A stretch of 64,000 nucleotides of DNA from Chloroflexota bacterium (GTDB taxonomy: Bacteria > Chloroflexota > UBA11872 > VXOZ01), in contig OY760183.1 in the NCBI GenBank assembly GCA_963663275.1, positions 768,001-832,000 of the forward strand, read 5' to 3'. Position 1 is the first letter of the stretch. Each line of letters opens with the position of its first letter. Positions 1 to 10,160 of the stretch are shown here, piece after piece. The notes beneath the pieces were generated by a model. That model saw nothing but the letters and a program-made list of their open reading frames with translations, did no database searches and had not been told where the DNA came from. A program made the position numbers and the translations under genes.

Positions 1-34
1 TAGTATGCGGATTCGCTTTTTGGCGCTAGTTCGT

Positions 35-64
35 TTGACAGAGGCGGAAATCTCACCCTATACT
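35..64 (+). promoter_or_regulatory. sigma70-like promoter upstream of tRNA-Val
   Basis: TTGACA (35-40), 18-nt spacer, TATACT (59-64). Confidence 0.6.
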
Positions 65-146
65 TACGGGGGATTCGACCGCATTGCCAGTGGAAGCAAG
101 GCGCTTGTCTTTGTCCATGCCGGCAAGGTTCGGCATCTCAATCTTG

Positions 147-220
<74 letters not shown>

Positions 221-266
221 CCGCTGCGGTATCGCGTTCAGCAGAGAGTTTGGGAGGGTGGAAAGC

Positions 267-2003
267 ATGGCTGCGGTAGCCGGCAACGACAACGTCCGCT
301 ACGAACCGGATGAGAATCCTCCCCGGCTCATAACCCTTGGCGCCGGTGTGCAGGCGGCCATGGTCACGGTGTCGTCGATCGTGCTGGCCGTGGTCATCGT
401 AGGGCGCATAGCCGGGCAACCGGAAAGCTACATAACCTGGGCCGTCTTTGCGGCCCTGCTCGTCAGCGGCGCGGCGACGATTCTCCAGGCGGTGCGCGTG
501 GGCAGGTTTGGCGCCGGGCACGTGCTGATGATGGGCACGTCGGGCGCGTTCATTGCCGTCTGCGTGGGGGCGTTGCAGATGGGCGGCCCCGCCACCTTAG
601 CCAGCCTGGTCGTGGTGTCGTCGCTCTTCCAGTTTCTCCTGGCGGCGCGTCTCTCGCTGCTGCGGCGCATCTTTACGCCGGTCGTCACCGGCACGGTCAT
701 CATGTTGATTGCGGCCACGGTCATGCCGCTCGTGTTCGGTTCGCTGACGGAGGTGCCCGAGGGCGTGCCGCAGGCCGCCGCCCCGCTCACGGCGCTGGCA
801 ACCACGGCGGCCGTCGCCGTGCTGGTGATGCGCGGCTCCCCCACGTGGCGGCTCTGGTCGCCGCTCATCGGCATCGTCGTCGGCTGTCTGGTGGCAATTC
901 CCTTCGGCCTCTTCGACGCGCAGCCGGTGCTGGACGCGCCGTGGCTGTCCGTTCCCTTCGCCTCGTGGCCGGGCTTCGACCTCAGCCCGGGCGTGGAGTT
1001 CTGGGCGCTGCTGCCGGCGTTCGTGGTGGTGACCCTGGTCGGCGCGATCGAGACCATAGGCGACGGCGTCGCCATCCAGCGGGTTTCCCGGCGCAAGCCG
1101 CAGTCAACCGACTTCCGGGTCGTGCAGGGCGCGCTGAACGCCGACGGCGTGGGCAATCTGTTCTCCGGCATTCTGGCAACCGTGCCCAATACCACGTATT
1201 CGTCCAGCATCGCGCTGGTTGAAGTCACCGGCATTGCCGCGCGGCGCGTGGGTGTGGTCATCGGCGCGGTTTTCGTGGTACTGGCGTTCCTGCCCAAGGC
1301 TGCGGCGTTGTTGATCGCCATTCCCGGTCCGGTGGCGGCTTCCTACATCACCGTGCTGGTGGTGCTGCTCTTCGTGCAAGGCATGCGCATCGTCATTCAA
1401 GACGGGATCGACCATCGCAAGGCCGCGATTGTGGGCCTGTCGTTCTGGATCGGCGCCGGCTTCCAGAACCAATGGATCTTCCCGAACCTCATCGGGGACG
1501 GCTTTCTGGGCGTGCTGCTGGGCAACGGCATGACGTCCGGCGCGATCGTCGCCATCATCCTGATGGTCTTCCTGGAGTTGACCAGCCCCCGGCGCCGGCG
1601 GCTGCACGTGGCTTTGGATAACGACGCTCTGCCCAAGGTGGAGCAATTCCTGATGGCGTTCGCGGCGCGGCTCAAGTGGAATGACTCCTCCACGGAACGG
1701 CTGACCTCCGTGGGCGAAGAGACGCTGGCGATCCTCTTGCAGGAGAGCGGCGACGCTGAGAATACGGGACGGCGCTTGACCGTGAACGCCCGCATGGAGG
1801 GCGGCGCGGCGGAACTGGAGTTCGTAACCTCACTGGAGGGCGAAAACCTGGAAGACCACCTGGACTACCTCAACGAACTGCCGCCCGCCCCGGACGAGCG
1901 CGAGGTCTCGTTCCGGCTGCTCTGGCACTACGCTTCTTCCGTGCGCCACCAGAAGTACCACGGCCTGGACATCCTGACCGTGACCGTCGATGGCTCGCGC
2001 TGA
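267..2003 (+). CDS. NCS2 (xanthine/uracil/vitamin C) family permease with a C-terminal soluble extension
   Basis: About 13-14 hydrophobic segments with FTPVVTGTVI, IETIGD and ADGVGN motifs; ~135-aa hydrophilic tail; GGAGG precedes ATG 267. Confidence 0.85.
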   Translation: MAAVAGNDNVRYEPDENPPRLITLGAGVQAAMVTVSSIVLAVVIVGRIAGQPESYITWAVFAALLVSGAATILQAVRVGRFGAGHVLMMGTSGAFIAVCVGALQMGGPATLASLVVVSSLFQFLLAARLSLLRRIFTPVVTGTVIMLIAATVMPLVFGSLTEVPEGVPQAAAPLTALATTAAVAVLVMRGSPTWRLWSPLIGIVVGCLVAIPFGLFDAQPVLDAPWLSVPFASWPGFDLSPGVEFWALLPAFVVVTLVGAIETIGDGVAIQRVSRRKPQSTDFRVVQGALNADGVGNLFSGILATVPNTTYSSSIALVEVTGIAARRVGVVIGAVFVVLAFLPKAAALLIAIPGPVAASYITVLVVLLFVQGMRIVIQDGIDHRKAAIVGLSFWIGAGFQNQWIFPNLIGDGFLGVLLGNGMTSGAIVAIILMVFLELTSPRRRRLHVALDNDALPKVEQFLMAFAARLKWNDSSTERLTSVGEETLAILLQESGDAENTGRRLTVNARMEGGAAELEFVTSLEGENLEDHLDYLNELPPAPDEREVSFRLLWHYASSVRHQKYHGLDILTVTVDGSR

Positions 2004-2069
2004 CGGCCCCTGCGAACAACGGGAGCCTGGCCCGCTCTGCGCGCGCTGCGTCGATTTGCCCGCGCTTGC

Positions 2070-2618
2070 TCAAGCGCACGTGTCGTGCTCGAAAACGAGC
2101 GCTGCCGTGTCTCTCCAGCCGTATGCCACTTCTACGAGAGCCGTGCCGCCGATGGTGATGGCCTTCTCAGCGACGAATTCGCCGCCCAGCGCTGCGTAGA
2201 AGCGGCGCGCCGCGTGGTTGTCCCGCAAGACCCACAGCAGCATGGATTCCATGCTCGCCGCGCGCAGCCGCCGGGCGACGCCCGCCAAGAGTCGCTGTCC
2301 GACGCCCTTGCGCTGGTACGCCGCCAGGACGTATAGGGCGAAAACCTCACCGCGGTATACCGGATTGCCTTCACGCTCCGGCGCGCCAAAGGCGAAGCCT
2401 ACGACCTCGCCCGCAGCGGTCTCCGCCACGACCATGCAGGTGTCCGGCCGGTTTGCCGTAAGCGCTTGACTCCAATTGGACTCGCTATCCGCATACGCGA
2501 GGCTGGCCAAGAACTCGGCCGGCAATATGCCGGCATACGTAGACCGCCACGTGTCCACGTGCACCCTCGCTATGCCGTTGGCGTCCGACGGGGTTGCCTT
2601 GCGTATGCGAATCTTCAT
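2070..2618 (-). CDS. GNAT family N-acetyltransferase
   Basis: IRKATPSDA start, motif A LYV...YQRKGVGQRL, NHAARRFY. Confidence 0.9.
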   Translation of the reverse strand: MKIRIRKATPSDANGIARVHVDTWRSTYAGILPAEFLASLAYADSESNWSQALTANRPDTCMVVAETAAGEVVGFAFGAPEREGNPVYRGEVFALYVLAAYQRKGVGQRLLAGVARRLRAASMESMLLWVLRDNHAARRFYAALGGEFVAEKAITIGGTALVEVAYGWRDTAALVFEHDTCA

Positions 2619-2673
2619 GTTACTTTCATCTACTTACAGTACCGATAATCAATGATCCAGACCAGATTCCCGT

Positions 2674-3219
2674 TCACGCGGTAACCAGATGGGCTATGTC
2701 CTTCCAGCCGTAGGACACCATCACAAGATCTGTACCGCTGATCGTGACAGTCTTTTGATCGAGATATGCGCCTCCCATCGATTCGTAGACGCGGCGGGCC
2801 GGATGGTTGTCCTTGAATACCCACAATAGCATCGAGTCAATTCCGTGCCTAAGAAAGTGCTGGGCTACTGCTGAGAAGAGACGTCGACCGACCCCAAGGC
2901 GCTGATACTGGTCAAGAACGTAGATGGCGACAATTTCCCCACGGTAGACTTGGCTGCCTTCTCGTTCCGGAATTCCAAGCGCGAAGCCAATGACCTCAGC
3001 CTCTTGGGTTTCAGCAACAAGCATGCTCGTAGCGGGCTGGTCTTTCTTGAGAGCCTCATTCCAAATCTGCTCGCTATCCGCATACGAGAAATCAGCTAAG
3101 TTCTCGTCTGTAAGTATGCCGGCATATGAAGTTCGCCGCGTGTCAACGTGCACGCGCGCGATGGCACCGGCATCAGCCGGATTGGCCTTTCGAATGTTGA
3201 TTCTCGCTTCAGAATTCAT
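2674..3219 (-). CDS. GNAT family N-acetyltransferase, paralog of the downstream gene
   Basis: IRKANPADA, IYV...YQRLGVGRRL, NHPARRVY; ATG overlaps the upstream TGA (ATGA); visibly more AT-rich than neighbours. Confidence 0.9.
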   Translation of the reverse strand: MNSEARINIRKANPADAGAIARVHVDTRRTSYAGILTDENLADFSYADSEQIWNEALKKDQPATSMLVAETQEAEVIGFALGIPEREGSQVYRGEIVAIYVLDQYQRLGVGRRLFSAVAQHFLRHGIDSMLLWVFKDNHPARRVYESMGGAYLDQKTVTISGTDLVMVSYGWKDIAHLVTA

Positions 3220-6200
3220 TCCGTCACGATCAGTGCGCCGCCGAGCGTTTCGCCGCGATGCTCGGGACGGTAATAGGAGTACACCTGGGACACAACCTCT
3301 TTCGCCCGCACCGGGTACTTGGCGCGCGCCTGGAAGGCAAAGCTGACGGTTTGTCCGGCGTGCAGGTTGTCGATGTAGAGAATCACCTTGCGCCCGGCGA
3401 TCTCGAACCGCTTGAAGTCGGCGTACTCTTCAACCAAGGCCGCGATTGTCTCGCGCACCGGCTCGAATCCCGTCGGCACGGCCACGTCGAGCACCACCAT
3501 GCCGGCTTCGATTGCCTCGGGAGGATTGAAGGTGACGCTGGTGTGCACGGTGATGAGATCATCCACCGCGACGTGTTCGGTGCCGTAGTCCACCGTAATC
3601 TCGAACACGTCCGGAACCTCGGTCTCCCTCTCGGGCATGTTGTAGCGCAGGACGGACTGGAGCACCACCGTGCCCCGGCCCGCGGACGTGATGACCAGTT
3701 GCGTGTCGAGCGGGACCTGCACGATTTGCAGCACGTCGGCGTTCTCCGGCGTGATGCGCACCACTTTGCGCCACTCGCCGCTTGCCATGCGCACGGTCAT
3801 GTCCACGTCCGCGCGCACCCGCGTGGAGTAGGCCGCGAGCGCCTGGAGGCCGACCACCGTATCCTGGGTGGAGCCAAAGCCGCCCAGGGCGTTGCGCTGG
3901 CCGGCCAGCCACTTGGCCGCTTGCGCGGCGTTTGCCAGGTCGTCGTGGGCCATCAGAGCGAGCAGCGCATACCCGGTTGTCTCCACGGCGGCGCTGTGGT
4001 GTCCCAGCCCGCCGCCCCAGTAGAGGCCGCCGGTGGCGTCTTCATTAGCCATGGACATCAGCTTGGCGTGCGCTTCGGCGCGCAGGCCGCTGCCGTCCAG
4101 TTGCAGAGCATAGGCCGTGATGGCCATGGTGTACGGGTCCTGGATGCCTTCCAGCCGGCTTTCCAGGTAATGCATAGCGCGCGCGGCCCCAAAGTCGCGC
4201 CCGGCTTCCAGCAGCGCGATCGCCACGTAGGCCGTCAGCGCGTCCCGCCCTTGCAAGCCGCCCAGCAGTTCCTGGTGGTGCAGGAAGCCGACGTTCTCGA
4301 ACGAGCCGTCGCTCAGTTGATGTTCCACGATCCAGGATGACGCGCGGTCTAATACTGTTGGGTCGATGTAGATGATCTCCCGCGACTCGGCGAAGGTCTT
4401 GAGCACGAACGCCGTCAGCCACAGGCTGCCTTGGGCGTCGCTATCGCCGAACGCGGAAAAGCTGCCGTCGCGCCGCATGTACGTCAGTTCACGCTGGTAG
4501 CCGACCAGCATGAGGTGTTCGGCCTTGGCCATGATTTCGGGCTTGAGTTGCGCGGTTTCCTTTAAATAGCGCGTGACGTACACGTTCGGCGCGAACAGGA
4601 TCATGTTCTGCTCGCCGCAGCCGAACGGCATCTGCAAGAGTTGATCGAGACCCTCGATGCTCTGGGTCATCAGGCTGCCGGTCAGCGCCACGTACGCGCG
4701 GGCGGAACCGGCGATGGCGCCGAAGGGCACGTCCGGCAGGAACTCATGGCGGAACACGCCCGTCAGGAGGTGGTTGCCGACGACTTCCACGGGGATGCCC
4801 TCCGGCTCCACGCGCAGGTTCCTGATGACGGCGTCCGCGGTCTCCGCGCTGCGCGCCGTGATTTTGATGGGATTGCCGCCCAGTCCCGTGGGCCGGATCA
4901 TGAACGCAACGCCGCCGATATCGTTGGCGGCGACGGTTACCGACTTGACCGGCTCGTCCAGCAGGTCGAACCATTCGGCTTCCTCGATCTCCACGAAGAA
5001 CTCCTGAGCGGTCTCACGGTAATTGAAGAGCGCGATCTTGACCGGCAATTCTTCGCCCCGGATGGCGGAAACCGGCAGGTCCACGGTCAGGAAGAAGGGC
5101 TGGAAGACCCGCAGCGTGTCCTCGCCCATGCCCAGGCCGCGCTCCTTGGAGATGCCGACGCCGCGCAGCGCCCAGGTGGTGATGCTGTCGGGCGCTTCCA
5201 CCGTCAGCGCGGCGCGGCCGTTCGCGTCGGTTTGAACGTCCTGCCAAATCCAGGTTTCGGGGAAGAACTGGCGCACGCGCCGGACTTCCGCGAGGTTTTC
5301 GGGTGCGGCGGCTGCGGCGGATACGGGCTCAGACGCCATTTCCTGCGCCACTGCCATCTCTGCCTCCTCCGCTGCCGCGCTTTCATCCACCGGGGCGTAG
5401 TGCCTCTCGCCTGCCGGCACGTTCTTGTTGGTCAGCACGACCGTGCCGGCGGCTGTGAAGGTATCGGAGGCGCCGCGCGTGTCGATGGTGTACGAGAAGT
5501 CGATTTCGTGGAGTTCCGCTTGCGGCTCCTGGTAGAGGCGTTCCAGTTCATTGAAGATCTGCTGGAGGTTCAGCCGGTTTTCGGCCAGGATGAAGACCGA
5601 CCGGTCAACGGCCACCAGCCCCACGCGGGACTCGCCTTCCGTTTGGACATCGATGTCAACGGAATCGCCCGGCCTGACCTCCTCCTCGCTAAAGCCGACC
5701 CGCACGTCGTGCGCATACGCCGCTTCCACGCTGAACGGCAGGTAGTCGGCGGCAATCTCGTTATTCGGCAGAATCTGATACACCAGCAGGCGCGCGGACG
5801 GCGCCATCAACTGCGTTGCCGTAAAGGATATGTCCGGGCCGGAACTCACGTCCGTAAAGACCACCGCGCCTCTGGAGAGCACCTCGTAGTAGAAGTTGCG
5901 CGCTTCACGGGTGGCATTGACGCGGAACTGCACGGTATCGCCGACCCCGATGTCGCTTTGCGTCACCTGCTCGAGGTGAATGAAACTGTCGGAGGGCGAG
6001 TGACCTGATTCCAGTGCGAGGAAGCCACGAGCGTGCGTACTCCGCGCATACACCTTAACGGCAGCGGCGTACGCGGGCGCGGTGGCGCGGATGATTGCTT
6101 TACCGTTTTCGGTCGCTACCCTGACTGTCTCGGAGGAACCCACCCGGAAAGACGGGGTTAGGTAATCGAAACTCACCACAACGTCAGTGTCAATTGGCGC

Positions 6201-7358
6201 GCCGTCGGGCGCCTGGGCGATGATGAGGTAACTCAGCGGCAAACAGGGCTTCAGAATGCGGCTTTCCGGTATCACCGTGAGCGTCGCGGCCGTTTCCGCA
6301 ACGGTAAGCAACTTGGTGGTCTTCTCCGCGTAGCCGGTGCTCTTCTCGCGCACGGTCACCTCCAGCGAGACGTTGCCCTGCCCGCCCGCCTGGGGCACGC
6401 CGGCCACGTATCCCACCGGCGGCAACTCGAAACGCGCCTCGCCGTCGATGGGCGCGCTGAACCGGGCGTACTCTTCCCACCGGCCGACGTAGCGCGACGC
6501 CACGATTTCAACCTCGCCCACCACCGGCTTGCCAAAGGCGTATTCGCCGGACACCGTCCCCGTGAGCGGATCGCCGGCCAGCACCCAGTCGCTCGCGGTG
6601 GTCACGTTCACCTCGTACTTGGGCAGCGCGTACCGCTCGACGCGCACGTCCAGTTGGGTTTCCTGGTCGCCCGCCAGCGCGGTGAGTTTCCACACCCCCA
6701 GGTTCGGTTCCACCGAGAGCGGCAGGTCCAGCGTCGCCATGCCGTACGCATCGGTGTCAACCGCTTTTCGAAACACTTTGATGCCTTTGGCGTCCCGCAT
6801 TTCGATAGTGGCGGCGGCAGGCCAGGGCTTGAGCGCCGCGTCCAAGGTCATCAGGCGCACGGGAATAGTCTGGCCGGGTTGGTAGATGGGCTTGTCGGTC
6901 TCGACGAAGAGGAGCAGGCCGTCCACGACCGCCACGAACGCCGCGCGGGCCTCCGGCACGTTCTCCACCCGCACGGACACCTGGAGTTGCGAACGCTCCA
7001 CCCGCGGCACGGGCAGCATGACGTTGGCCGTCCCGTCCACCTTTGCGTTAACCGTTTGGACAATCGTGCCGCCGTCGAGGAGCGTCACCCAGACGTTGCC
7101 CGCGGCGGGACGGTCGCCCTTGAAGAGCGATACGGAGATTTGCTCGGTGTAGCCCCGGCGCAGTCGCTTGGGCACAATCGCCACGAAGCTGTCCGGCGCG
7201 GGCAGATTCTCCGCCGCTGCCGGGGAGGATGCGGCGGCGGACGCGGCTTCCCGGGGGCATTCCTTATCGAGATAGAGAATCTCCTCCGGGCCGTCGCCGC
7301 AGCCGGCGAGCGCCAGCGCGAGCAGCGCCAGGATGGCAAACGTGGCGTATTTCCGCAT
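3216..7358 (-). CDS. Alpha-2-macroglobulin / thioester-containing lipoprotein
   Basis: Lipobox LALAGC after MRKY...; TDKPIYQPG, FPETWIW, thioester GCGEQNM, GGFGSTQDTVVGLQAL, C-terminal VYSYY; GGAG SD before ATG 7358. Confidence 0.92.
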   Translation of the reverse strand: MRKYATFAILALLALALAGCGDGPEEILYLDKECPREAASAAASSPAAAENLPAPDSFVAIVPKRLRRGYTEQISVSLFKGDRPAAGNVWVTLLDGGTIVQTVNAKVDGTANVMLPVPRVERSQLQVSVRVENVPEARAAFVAVVDGLLLFVETDKPIYQPGQTIPVRLMTLDAALKPWPAAATIEMRDAKGIKVFRKAVDTDAYGMATLDLPLSVEPNLGVWKLTALAGDQETQLDVRVERYALPKYEVNVTTASDWVLAGDPLTGTVSGEYAFGKPVVGEVEIVASRYVGRWEEYARFSAPIDGEARFELPPVGYVAGVPQAGGQGNVSLEVTVREKSTGYAEKTTKLLTVAETAATLTVIPESRILKPCLPLSYLIIAQAPDGAPIDTDVVVSFDYLTPSFRVGSSETVRVATENGKAIIRATAPAYAAAVKVYARSTHARGFLALESGHSPSDSFIHLEQVTQSDIGVGDTVQFRVNATREARNFYYEVLSRGAVVFTDVSSGPDISFTATQLMAPSARLLVYQILPNNEIAADYLPFSVEAAYAHDVRVGFSEEEVRPGDSVDIDVQTEGESRVGLVAVDRSVFILAENRLNLQQIFNELERLYQEPQAELHEIDFSYTIDTRGASDTFTAAGTVVLTNKNVPAGERHYAPVDESAAAEEAEMAVAQEMASEPVSAAAAAPENLAEVRRVRQFFPETWIWQDVQTDANGRAALTVEAPDSITTWALRGVGISKERGLGMGEDTLRVFQPFFLTVDLPVSAIRGEELPVKIALFNYRETAQEFFVEIEEAEWFDLLDEPVKSVTVAANDIGGVAFMIRPTGLGGNPIKITARSAETADAVIRNLRVEPEGIPVEVVGNHLLTGVFRHEFLPDVPFGAIAGSARAYVALTGSLMTQSIEGLDQLLQMPFGCGEQNMILFAPNVYVTRYLKETAQLKPEIMAKAEHLMLVGYQRELTYMRRDGSFSAFGDSDAQGSLWLTAFVLKTFAESREIIYIDPTVLDRASSWIVEHQLSDGSFENVGFLHHQELLGGLQGRDALTAYVAIALLEAGRDFGAARAMHYLESRLEGIQDPYTMAITAYALQLDGSGLRAEAHAKLMSMANEDATGGLYWGGGLGHHSAAVETTGYALLALMAHDDLANAAQAAKWLAGQRNALGGFGSTQDTVVGLQALAAYSTRVRADVDMTVRMASGEWRKVVRITPENADVLQIVQVPLDTQLVITSAGRGTVVLQSVLRYNMPERETEVPDVFEITVDYGTEHVAVDDLITVHTSVTFNPPEAIEAGMVVLDVAVPTGFEPVRETIAALVEEYADFKRFEIAGRKVILYIDNLHAGQTVSFAFQARAKYPVRAKEVVSQVYSYYRPEHRGETLGGALIVTE

Positions 7359-7494
7359 TGGTCGCTCACTCCAGTGTTGAGGCGTACGTCCTCTTGCTCT
7401 CAATGGAGACCTTTGCGTAACATGGTGACTTTTGCGCAACATAGGTCGGCTGCGTACCATAGGTCGGCGCGCGCTCAGACTCCCTCTCCCCCAG

Positions 7495-7634
7495 GAGACC
7501 TTTGCATAACTCCGTCATTCCGGTGAAAACCGGAATCCAGAGCGGTGTTACACCTACAGATTGCATGATGTCAATCCATTTCACCCCCCATCCCAACCTT
7601 CCCCCCAATGGGGAAGGGGTTACGCAATGGTCTC
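7495..7634. mobile_element. MITE with GAGACC-type terminal inverted repeats
   Basis: GAGACCTTTGCATAAC ... GTTACGCAATGGTCTC (14/16 inverted match), flanked by CCCAG direct repeats; an extra end copy at 7406-7421. Confidence 0.6.
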
Positions 7635-7668
7635 CCCAGGGAGAGAGGACAAGAGGCGCGTGCCCAGA

Positions 7669-7803
7669 CTCCCTCTCCCTGGGGAGAGGGCCGGGGTGGG
7701 GGGGAATCCTCGTCGGTTCCGCCCTATCTCGCAAGAATTGGATATGGTTCGCCGCGAAATCTCCCCCCTCACCCTAACCCTCTCCCCCAGGAGAGGGGAT
7801 AAG
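7669..7803. repeat. REP-like CCCTCTCCC/GGGAGAGGG palindrome doublet
   Basis: Reverse-complement homolog at about 51162-51296; related units at 18620-18955, 28700-28740 and 51050-51085. Confidence 0.75.
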
Positions 7804-7838
7804 AGGCGCGTGCCCAGACTCCCTCTCCCCCAGGAGAG

Positions 7839-8056
7839 CTGACAGGGGTAGGCAACTGTCATTCCGAGCGGAGCGAGGAATCTAGAACTGCTGGATTTGC
7901 GGCTCTCCGCTCTAGATTCCTCTCTCCGCTGCGCTCCGCTCGGAATGACAAGCGATGCGCCCCTCGCCCTTCCTCGTCACCCTCCCCTATTTCTCCGCCT
8001 TTTACAACTATACAAATGACACGTTAAGCCGATTCAAGAGTGCCTACCCCTGTCAG
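7839..8056. mobile_element. MITE (CTGACAGGGGTAGGCA TIRs) carrying a GTCATTCCGAGCGGAGC palindrome
   Basis: Perfect 16-bp TIRs; flanking direct repeat CCCAGGAGAG. Confidence 0.75.
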
Positions 8057-8175
8057 CCCAGGAGAGGGGACAAGAGGCGCGTGCTCAAACTCCCTCTCCC
8101 CCAGGAGAGGGGATAAGAGGCGCGCGCCGCCGGACGCTCCCTTTTCGCCGCGCGCTACCGCTATCGCCGGCTCGC

Positions 8176-9792
8176 TTACCGCTCCAGCAGCCGTTGGGCG
8201 ATTGCCTTCGCCTCGTCGAGGCTTGTAGCGAACTGAGCGGCGGGAACGTGCTGCAGGACGTTGAGCGCGCCCAAAGAAGAGGCGGGTTGGCCGGTGAGGC
8301 TCATGATAATGCACTCGGTCTCTTCCGCTTTGGCGGTGTCGATCATCTGTTCCACCACCAGCGCCGCGCTGTCGTCCATGTAGACCGTCTCCGAGAAGTC
8401 CAGGATCACCACCTCGTGGTCGCGGATGTCCACGCTGATGGTGTTGATCAGCTTATTCGAGGAGGCGACGGAGAAACTGCCGCGCAGCGCCACCAGGCCC
8501 ACCCGCGCCGAGAACGTGTCCGCCGCTGCCACTTCTTCCTCACTCCCCAGGAAACTCTGGTCCAGCAGCGGCGCGGAGACCACGCGATCCAGTTCCAGGC
8601 GCTCGAACTGGCGCGCGCTCGCCATGCCCGCGGCGATCAGGCCGATGGCCACGGCGGTAACCAGATCCACGAATACGGTCAGCCCCATCGTAATCAGCAT
8701 CACCAGCAGGTGCTCGCGCTGCACCCGGTGGATGCGCGTGATGAACCGCCAGTCCACGATGTCCCAGCCGACCTTCATTAATATACCGGCCAGCACCGCG
8801 TGGGGAATCGCCTCCACGTACCGGCCCAGGCCCAGCACCAGCGCCAGCAGGATGGCCGCCCGCAGCGCGCCGGATACCTGCGTCTGGCCGCCGGCGCGGA
8901 TGTTCACCACCGTTCCCATGGTGGCCCCGGCCCCCGGCAGGCCGCCAATGAACCCGGCCACCATATTGCCGATGCCCTGCCCGACCAGTTCGCGGTTCGG
9001 ATTGTGGCGCGTGCGCGTTATGGCGTCGGCGATCAGGGAGGTGAGCAGGCTGTCGATCGAGCCGAGCAGCGCCAGGATCAGGGCGGGCTGGATGGCCTTC
9101 ACCAGCAGGCCCAGGGAGAGCATCGGCAACGCGATCTCCGGCAGACCCGTGGGCACCTCGCCAATCACCGGCACGCCGGTCAGCCACAGCACGCCCAGCA
9201 GTGTGCCCGCCACCAGCGCCGCCAGCGTGGGCGGAAAGTAGCGCCGCAACTGCTGGGGCCACAGGATGCCCACCACCAGCGTTACGGCGGCAATGGCGAA
9301 CGCGCTGAAGTTTACGTTGCCGAGCGCCTGCGGCCAGGCGCGCACCACGCCCACCGGCCCGCCCGTTGCGCCCGCCGCGCCCAGAAACGGCAGGGTCTGC
9401 AAGAGCATGATGATGATGCCGATGCCGGACATGAAGCCGGAAATCACCGAATAGGGCGTAAAGGCCACGAAGCGGCCAATGCGCAGCACGCCCAGCAGGA
9501 TTTGAATCAGGCCCGCCAGGATGACGATGGTGAAGGCCTCGGCCAGAGTGTCGGCGTGGGTGGTGACGATCACCGCCATTGCCACGGCCATGGGGCCGGT
9601 GGGACCGGAAATCTGCGAGCGCGTGCCGCCAAAGACCGCCGCGAAGAAGCCGACCGCGATCGCGCCGTAGATGCCCGCCAGCGCCCCCAGGCCGGAGGCC
9701 ACGCCAAAGGCCAACGACACCGGCAGTCCCACGACCGCCGCCGTGACGCCGCCAAAGACGTCCCCTCGGAGTGTCTGCAAATTGTAGTTCAC
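8176..9792 (-). CDS. SulP family inorganic anion transporter (BicA-like) with C-terminal STAS domain
   Basis: GDVFGGVTAAVVGLP, QISGPTGPM, NRELVGQGIGN, C-terminal VILDFSETVYMDDSA. Confidence 0.92.
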   Translation of the reverse strand: MNYNLQTLRGDVFGGVTAAVVGLPVSLAFGVASGLGALAGIYGAIAVGFFAAVFGGTRSQISGPTGPMAVAMAVIVTTHADTLAEAFTIVILAGLIQILLGVLRIGRFVAFTPYSVISGFMSGIGIIIMLLQTLPFLGAAGATGGPVGVVRAWPQALGNVNFSAFAIAAVTLVVGILWPQQLRRYFPPTLAALVAGTLLGVLWLTGVPVIGEVPTGLPEIALPMLSLGLLVKAIQPALILALLGSIDSLLTSLIADAITRTRHNPNRELVGQGIGNMVAGFIGGLPGAGATMGTVVNIRAGGQTQVSGALRAAILLALVLGLGRYVEAIPHAVLAGILMKVGWDIVDWRFITRIHRVQREHLLVMLITMGLTVFVDLVTAVAIGLIAAGMASARQFERLELDRVVSAPLLDQSFLGSEEEVAAADTFSARVGLVALRGSFSVASSNKLINTISVDIRDHEVVILDFSETVYMDDSAALVVEQMIDTAKAEETECIIMSLTGQPASSLGALNVLQHVPAAQFATSLDEAKAIAQRLLER

Positions 9793-10160
9793 GTGGCGTG
9801 TTTGCTTTGCTGGCGCGGAGCGCGGCGGTTGCGCTCGCCGGCGCCCCTTCCTGGCGGCGGCAGCCCCGGGCGCGCGCCCCGGAGCCGTGCCGTCCGCCGC
9901 GCGTAGTCATGCTACCACACGAGAGTCGGCGTGTCAGAATGAAGCGCGGCCTACCCCGCCGCGCTGCTCCTACACTGCCAACCGCCTGGCAAATTCACCC
10001 AAAGGTCTCCCCCGGCGGCAGTAGGCGCAATGGCGCGTCACGAACGCCCGGGGTGAGCCAGCGCTTCCTTTAATTAAGAGAACAGCATTTAGAGTGGCGG
10101 CCGCATCTCGCCGCGCGTCCGCCGTTGGCCGCGGTGGGGGCCGTTATCCCCCGCGCGGGA

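Noticed and set aside
65-146. tmRNA-like start (GGGGATTCGAC) upstream of tRNA-Val
   Set aside because: Too short, with no tag ORF or matching 3' end; more likely a tRNA leader
7366-8130. Small ORFs with PHPGPLP or PSPRRG peptides here and at 18794-19108 and 50901-51489
   Set aside because: They are translations of REP/MITE repeats
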